A stretch of DNA of 62,060 bases, taken from the NCBI GenBank assembly GCA_030324005.1, contig JARDVH010000115.1, positions 27,699,497 through 27,761,556 of the forward strand. The letters are read 5' to 3'. A program made the position numbers and the translations under genes. Under the pieces are notes generated by a model. That model saw nothing but the letters and a program-made list of their open reading frames with translations, was not told where the DNA came from and ran no database searches. This DNA is from Negaprion brevirostris (taxonomy: Eukaryota). How positions within the stretch are numbered: the first letter of the stretch is position 1; each line of letters starts with the position of its first letter. Below are positions 60,995 to 62,060 of this stretch, in pieces.

Positions 60995-61410
60995 ACAAGA
61001 ACTATTCTCATATTTCTCAAAAATCTTTTTTTTTTTACACTGGAAGAATTATTCTGAAGTGCAGTCACGAGGGCAAATACACTTAGGTAGACAAACGTAA
61101 TAGGCATTTTACACAAAGCTAGGTCCCACAAACAGTATTTAAATGAATACTAGTTACTTATTTTGAAAGTGTTGCTCGAGGAATGGATGTTGATGAGATA
61201 CCTGGTGGACTCTTCTATTCTTGAGTTATGTCATTGAAACTTAATATCAACATTCATTGGGCCTGTAAAGTTGAACTTCAGTTTAATGTCCCATCCAAAA
61301 GATGGCACTGCTCCCTCAGTATTTCATTGAAGGGTCAACTTCATTATTGTGCTCAAGTTCTAAAGTATGACTTGAACCCATAACCTTCTGACTCAGAAGG
61401 GAGCGTGTTT
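60995..61410 (-). mobile_element. Deu-domain SINE (SacSINE1-like)
   Basis: gtttaatgtcccatccaaaagatggcac, ctccctcagta and gacttgaacccataaccttctgactcaga are the reversed core and head. Confidence 0.75.
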
Positions 61411-62060
61411 TGCATCAGTCATTATTTATTTGTATTCACAACTGGTTTTGTAATTTACTAGTAATCTTACAGTATAGGTTTTACACAAACATATTTTTGA
61501 TTAGATTTTGGGCACCAAGTCAGACTTAGTGTTTTCACACAGAATGGAGGGAAGTCTTTCACTTTGGACTGTTCTTGCACACCATTTAGTCATTGAATTT
61601 TCTTTTGGTCAGCTAGGTGCCTGACATACAAAAAGCTCCTCATTATAAATTCAAGTCTCCAAGCGAAGCTGTGGAGAAATCCAGTAGTGGAGCGTCTCTT
61701 CATTCAGTATTGAGTATATACTTTATCCTTTAGGAGGACTCCTCACTTACCTAAACCCAGCGAACTTCAGCGCAGACTTACAGAGCTATGGTTTAGGAAT
61801 TGCAACCCATGCATTGCACCCACCCATCCCCCCCCAGTCTTTAAATATCCACCAGGTAACAATGGAGTTTAGTCAGCATGAACCACATCACCTACTAGCA
61901 CAGAGTACTGTTCCTCCATTCAAGCGCACTGTATACACAAGGTTCGGTGTCTGGAAAACTAGGAAGCATTTCAGATTTGAATGACAAGCCTACCTCTCCA
62001 AGTACCAGTTAGTAAGCCAAATTAGCTGATTGACCAACTGTGCTCTAGTGTGCTTCAGAT

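Noticed and set aside
61745-61860. Strong minus-strand donor AG|GTAAGT as WDR20 exon 1 (a similar donor is at about 28595)
   Set aside because: The upstream sequence does not encode the expected ...YIYKGVRK end, and no CpG island or matching acceptor was identified.

Overview
This is eukaryotic genomic DNA from a cartilaginous fish, probably a shark, judged from the HE1/V-SINE, HER1/CR1 LINE, Deu-domain SINE and Penelope-derived repeats. The assembly is a gapped draft. The only supportable protein-coding gene is WDR20 (WD40 activator of USP12/USP46) on the minus strand. Its visible parts are exon 2 (29176-29358), the large exon 3 (16571-17835), a read-through C-terminus (VSLSS*) and a distal terminal exon (6119-6172, GLLSSQNQANSPSGTVV*). 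Exon 1 was not found and presumably lies beyond 62060 or in a gap. Everything else is intron, 3' UTR or flank filled with decayed retroelements, and the other ORF-track entries are spurious. Best observations: (1) an apparent 19-nt microhomology-bounded deletion that frameshifts an otherwise highly conserved WDR20 exon 3; (2) two related U2 snRNA-derived elements either side of exon 2, one with a 13-bp target-site duplication, AATAAA and A-tail, the other near full length with four tandem copies of U2 nt 25-36, suggesting a U2-derived SINE-like family; (3) an intact minimal hammerhead ribozyme core, sense to the WDR20 pre-mRNA, in intron 2. No prokaryotic system, CRISPR array or intact transposon ORF is supported. 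Repeat family names and comparisons with reference proteins and RNAs are from recall, not database searches, and repeat boundaries are approximate.
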